A DNA stretch of 29,323 bases from a virus (lineage: Duplodnaviria > Caudoviricetes): positions 1 to 29,323 of IMG/VR virus record IMGVR_UViG_3300045980_000043; one strand, 5' to 3'. Shown piece by piece: positions 26,331 to 29,323 of this stretch. The notes under the pieces are model-generated. The model made no database searches and was not told the DNA's origin. It was given only the letters and a program-made list of their open reading frames with translations. Every line of letters begins with the position of its first letter. The stretch's first letter is position 1. The position numbers and the translations under genes are program-made.

Positions 26331-26991
26331 CGGGGAGTGTAGCCGGCGCGTCGGGAGCACTGTCAAGCGTGCGGGCGAGGGCGGCGATGTACCAGCCCCG
26401 CGGGCGCGGCCCGTCAGGGATCGTGTCTTCGGTGAGGCGTGCGGCGTCGGCGGCGTGCTCGGCGATGAGCCGGTCAAGATCACCCAGTACGGAAGCCTTC
26501 ACCGCGGACTGTCCCCCCTCCCACCGTCGCACGGTGCGCGGATTCACGCCGAGAGCGTCGGCAAGCTCCTCGTAGGTGAGGCCGAGGAGGTGCCGGCGGG
26601 CCGCGAAGCCGGCGGCGCTGACCGCGGGGGCGGGCAGGCGGGTGGAGCCGAGGGAGTCGACCAGGCCTGTCGGCTCGTACCCGGCGGGGATCTTCCCGGC
26701 GAGGTCGTGCAGCCACCGGTCGAGGGTGAGGGAGTCATGGCCGAGGTCACGGCGGTAGGCGTGGGCGCGGACACGGATCGTGTCGTGCGCGTCGAGGTCG
26801 ATCCCGTACGCCTCCGCTTCGGCGAGCTTGCGCTGTCGGCCGGCCTCGCTCATCCCCTCCAGTACCTGTCGGCGTGTCCGGGCGGCGCGGCACTCGATCG
26901 TCCAGGTCTTGCTGCCCCACCGGGTCACGGTGGGGGCTTCGGTGATCCCGGCGCCCTCGAAGATCGCGCGCAGCTGGTCGGTGGCGGGCAT
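26326..26991 (-). CDS. Aca2/YdiL (DUF1870)-like HTH regulator with ~120-aa N-terminal domain of unknown function
   Basis: C-terminal SAAGFAARRHLLGLTYEELADALGVNPRTVRRWEGGQ...DLDRL...PRGWYIAALAR; TGATG coupling to upstream gene. Confidence 0.75.
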   Translation of the reverse strand: MPATDQLRAIFEGAGITEAPTVTRWGSKTWTIECRAARTRRQVLEGMSEAGRQRKLAEAEAYGIDLDAHDTIRVRAHAYRRDLGHDSLTLDRWLHDLAGKIPAGYEPTGLVDSLGSTRLPAPAVSAAGFAARRHLLGLTYEELADALGVNPRTVRRWEGGQSAVKASVLGDLDRLIAEHAADAARLTEDTIPDGPRPRGWYIAALARTLDSAPDAPATLPA

Positions 26992-27359
26992 CAGCGGGCC
27001 TCCTCGCGGTCGATGCGGGTGCCGTCGCTGTACACGTCGGTGTATCGGCCGTCGCCGTGGTAGATGGTCCGGTCGAGGCGGGCGGGTCCGGCAGCAGCCT
27101 CGGCGGCCTCCATCTCGGTGATCCATGCGGCCTGCTCGGTCGCTGCCGCCAGGGCCTCGGCCGCGGCCTGCTCGGTGCGGAAGGTGGGTGCGGCAAACCA
27201 GTGCTGGGGGATGGGCTCGTGGTGGGTGAGGGACTCCACGAGGGCACGGAAGTCGGCGCTGTCGCAGCGAACCTGCCACACCTCGGTGGGCTGGTCGATC
27301 ATCTCGCGGCTCAGGCCGGCTTCGATGGGGAGTCGGGTGATGGTGGCGGTGGTGTTCAT
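26991..27359 (-). CDS. small acidic hypothetical protein, candidate anti-CRISPR
   Basis: 122 aa, about 21 D/E versus 11 R and no K; first gene behind a consensus promoter and upstream of the Aca-like gene; function inferred from context only. Confidence 0.65.
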   Translation of the reverse strand: MNTTATITRLPIEAGLSREMIDQPTEVWQVRCDSADFRALVESLTHHEPIPQHWFAAPTFRTEQAAAEALAAATEQAAWITEMEAAEAAAGPARLDRTIYHGDGRYTDVYSDGTRIDREEAR

Positions 27360-27410
27360 CGGAGTCTCTTTCCGGTAGCGGCTGGGCCTCGTGCCCTGCC
27401 TGATACCATC

Positions 27411-27439
27411 ATCATATGCCCTAAAAGGGGACATTGCAA
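27411..27439 (-). promoter_or_regulatory. sigma-A promoter TTGCAA-N17-TATGAT with an imperfect inverted repeat between the hexamers
   Basis: Minus strand reads TTGCAA TGTCCCCTTTTAGGGCA TATGAT. Confidence 0.8.
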
Positions 27440-27473
27440 GCCCGAGGCGCAGTTGGGTCCCCGCTGGTCTCGC

Positions 27474-27502
27474 TTGCACAATGCATTGCGAGTGTGTATA
27501 GT
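27474..27502 (+). promoter_or_regulatory. divergent sigma-A promoter TTGCAC-N17-TATAGT (extended -10)
   Basis: TTGCAC AATGCATTGCGAGTGTG TATAGT; palindrome CAATGCATTG at 27479-27488. Confidence 0.8.
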
Positions 27503-27532
27503 GGAGGTAACAACTACAGAGAGGAGGTGAAC

Positions 27533-27661
27533 ATGGAACACCCACTGGACGGGCTAGGAGCACTCTTCGGAGGCCTCGGAACCCTCGCCCTCGGAATCGC
27601 CGCCATCATCTCGGCAGCGAAATCGAAACCGAGGAAGAAGCGGAAGAAGAAGCGCCGCTAG
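27533..27661 (+). CDS. 42-aa membrane peptide with poly-basic tail
   Basis: AGGAGGTGA RBS; MEHPLDGLGALFGGLGTLALGIAAIISAAKSKPRKKRKKKRR. Confidence 0.75.
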   Translation: MEHPLDGLGALFGGLGTLALGIAAIISAAKSKPRKKRKKKRR

Positions 27662-27668
27662 CCTGAAG

Positions 27669-27701
27669 GGGGATGGAGATAAGGCAAGTATCTCCATCCC
27701 C
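27669..27701. other. perfect 13-bp intercistronic hairpin
   Basis: GGGGATGGAGATA-AGGCAAG-TATCTCCATCCCC. Confidence 0.7.
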
Positions 27702-27726
27702 TCCCTTCCAGTGTTCCAGGATCATC

Positions 27727-27882
27727 ATGAATATGGCAACGAAACTGGCCGCGGCGACCCTCGCCGCGGCGTCCGCGACGGTCTCCTTCGCGACCGGCAA
27801 CACCTGGCCCGGCCTCCTCGCGGTGGCCGCCGCCGGACTCATCGTGCTGAACGCGATCCGGTGGCGGAAGGAAGAATCGTGA
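27727..27882 (+). CDS. small two-TM membrane protein
   Basis: MNMATKLAAATLAAASATVSFATGNTWPGLLAVAAAGLIVLNAIRWRKEES. Confidence 0.6.
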   Translation: MNMATKLAAATLAAASATVSFATGNTWPGLLAVAAAGLIVLNAIRWRKEES

Positions 27883-28061
27883 CGGCACGCTATCTCTCCC
27901 GCGCCGAGCTGGCCGAGCGAATCGGCGTGAAGTCCGCGAGCCTTGGCCGATACAGGTTGCCCGAGCCGGACGCGATGATCGGCGACATTCGCGGGTGGTT
28001 GCCCGAGACCGTGGACGCGTGGAACGCCTCGCGCCCCGGCCGTGGGCAGTGGGGCCCGTGA
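27879..28061 (+). CDS. small AlpA/excisionase-like HTH DNA-binding protein
   Basis: YLSRAELAERIGVK...LPEPD..IG..RGW.PETVDAWNASRPGRG; GTGA overlap. Confidence 0.75.
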   Translation: MTARYLSRAELAERIGVKSASLGRYRLPEPDAMIGDIRGWLPETVDAWNASRPGRGQWGP

Positions 28062-28072
28062 TCTCACGCACT

Positions 28073-28116
28073 ACCGCCCCTCTCGGCTTCGGCTGGGAGG
28101 GGCAGTTTCGTCGCGC
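28073..28116. terminator. intrinsic terminator with C(UUCG)G tetraloop
   Basis: GCCCCTCTCGGC-TTCG-GCTGGGAGGGGC then AGTTTCGTCG; lies between convergent genes. Confidence 0.75.
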
Positions 28117-28121
28117 CAGGG

Positions 28122-28274
28122 TCACTCGCCCGGCAGCACGAGCCCCTCGGCCCACTCGATGTCGCATCCCCGGCACCACCATCCCCGCGGATGCCAGTGC
28201 AGCACCGTGCCACATGACGGGCAATGCGGCTCGACGACGTCGGCGAGGAGATCGCGGGGCCGCTCAGGGCTCAT
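28122..28274 (-). CDS. 50-aa Zn-ribbon protein
   Basis: CPSCG...WWCRGC; ATGA overlap with the SRAP stop codon. Confidence 0.7.
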   Translation of the reverse strand: MSPERPRDLLADVVEPHCPSCGTVLHWHPRGWWCRGCDIEWAEGLVLPGE

Positions 28275-28918
28275 GTCGGCTCGATGAGCGAGGGGTCGGA
28301 CGGGTCGACGCGCTGCACGGAGTTGACCTTGCTGTCGACGATGTGCGTGCGCAGGGTGCCCGCGACGGTGTCGGACACGTCGGTGAGCATCTGCTGCAGC
28401 CCGGCATCGCCCGGGCCGGTGAGCCAGTCGTCCCACGCCTCGGCGGGCAGGAAAGCGGGCATGCGGTCGTGGACCTCGCCTGAGGCGTCGCGGGCCTCGC
28501 GGGTGATGACGGCGAATCGCGGCGCGCCGTCGACGTCGCGCCACAGGCCCGCGGCGGTGAGGAGCCCGTCCCCGTGGATGAAATGCGCCGTCTTCGGGGA
28601 CCTCGCGCCGGTCCATTCGTAGTACCCCGTCATGGGTATGAGAGCGCGCCGCTCCCGGAACGACGGTGCCCACCATCCGCTGCCGAGCTTCTCGAGCCTC
28701 GCGTTGATCCCCGGTCGGCCGTGAGCTGCCGCCGGCATGGGGAGGTCCCATCCGGCGAGCACGAGCTCGCGCGCCTCGTCGTGCCGCCGCACGATCGGCG
28801 CGGGGTCGGTCGGCGCGATCGAGTACGACGGCCGCCAGTCCTGCGGCCGCCCTCCCTGGGCGACGTACTCCCGGATGAGCTCGTCGGTCTCGGCGCTGAG
28901 CGCGAATCTGCCGCACAT
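28271..28918 (-). CDS. SOS response-associated peptidase (SRAP/YedK/HMCES family)
   Basis: N-terminal MCGRF; INARLE, GYYEW, VHDRMP, V..KVNS motifs. Confidence 0.93.
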   Translation of the reverse strand: MCGRFALSAETDELIREYVAQGGRPQDWRPSYSIAPTDPAPIVRRHDEARELVLAGWDLPMPAAAHGRPGINARLEKLGSGWWAPSFRERRALIPMTGYYEWTGARSPKTAHFIHGDGLLTAAGLWRDVDGAPRFAVITREARDASGEVHDRMPAFLPAEAWDDWLTGPGDAGLQQMLTDVSDTVAGTLRTHIVDSKVNSVQRVDPSDPSLIEPT

Positions 28919-28931
28919 GCCGCCCAGTGTC

Positions 28932-29276
28932 TCACTCTCGGTCGGGTCCGCGATAGGTCCGCTGGTACCCGGTCGGGGGCGGTGCGGAGTGCGGACGCCA
29001 GGCGAGCGCCTGCCGTCCGGCCTTCACGCCTCGCTCCGTCCCGGGGTGAGCTTTGATCGCGTCCACGAGCACGGCCATCTCCGCATTTCCCTCGTTGAGG
29101 CCGGCCCACCGGCCGGCCTCTTCGGCGAGCAGGTCCGTCCGGTCCCCGGCGATCTCCCGTAGCTCCGCGAGGGCCGCGGCCGGGTCGGTGTCGAGGGCGT
29201 GCCGCTTGCAGCAGGAGGCGAGCGTGATCCGGAGGTGGGCTTCTGCGGGACTGACGCCGCTTCGTCTCTGAGCCAT
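28932..29276 (-). CDS. hypothetical protein, probably leaderless
   Basis: ATG 6 nt downstream of a TACGCT -10 box; no SD sequence. Confidence 0.65.
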   Translation of the reverse strand: MAQRRSGVSPAEAHLRITLASCCKRHALDTDPAAALAELREIAGDRTDLLAEEAGRWAGLNEGNAEMAVLVDAIKAHPGTERGVKAGRQALAWRPHSAPPPTGYQRTYRGPDRE

Positions 29277-29282
29277 GCGGGG

Positions 29283-29304
29283 AGCGTACGCCGCCCCACC
29301 GACA
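29283..29304 (-). promoter_or_regulatory. PafBC-dependent (RecA-NDp) DNA-damage promoter
   Basis: Minus strand TGTCGG-TGGGGCGGCG-TACGCT matches TGTCGG-N10-TAnnnT. Confidence 0.7.
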
Positions 29305-29323
29305 GCACGCCCCATCGGCTAGG

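Larger units (their letters stand above)
1..29323 (+). mobile_element. actinobacterial contractile-tailed phage/prophage region (boundaries not visible)
   Basis: Complete head-tail-lysis gene order; no recognisable host housekeeping genes. Confidence 0.9.

Noticed and set aside
25843-27063. 406-aa plus-strand ORF crossing the terminator, mini-array and HTH gene
   Set aside because: Crosses a terminator and repeats, is antisense to a motif-bearing gene, and has no RBS
26326-27563. Longer upstream starts for the two minus-strand cassette genes (27279, 27563)
   Set aside because: Promoter, RBS and TGATG coupling support starts at 27359 and 26991
1-29323. Tailocin/eCIS or gene transfer agent interpretation; integrase, att sites, tRNA, cas genes
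   Set aside because: Full head and packaging genes plus accessory phage genes indicate a phage; none of the other elements was recognised in this window

Overview
A very GC-rich actinobacterial phage or prophage segment; a Microbacteriaceae-like host is inferred from GC content, promoter style and protein families. From left to right: (1) 8-2030, a chain of short overlapping hypothetical genes whose junctions share a conserved ~30-bp motif; (2) a promoter/terminator, then two small P-loop/terminase-ATPase-like ORFs; (3) a complete packaging and head module (HNH, TerS, TerL, DUF935-type portal, ClpP protease-scaffold, decoration protein, major capsid); (4) a contractile-tail module (sheath, tube, chaperone with a -1 frameshift, tape measure, baseplate, fibres); (5) a lysis cassette with two putative murein hydrolases and three membrane proteins; (6) a ~1.9-kb accessory cassette between two near-identical terminator tails; (7) a minus-strand SRAP operon behind a PafBC/RecA-NDp-type promoter. 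The most notable item is in (6). A consensus sigma-A promoter drives a small acidic ORF, then an Aca2/YdiL-like HTH protein with an extra N-terminal domain, then a cas-less mini-array of three degenerate type I-E CRISPR repeats with two short spacers. This is a candidate combined protein plus RNA anti-CRISPR (or Cascade-hijacking) operon. No integrase, cas gene or tRNA was seen. All family assignments come from motif recognition by eye, not database searches.
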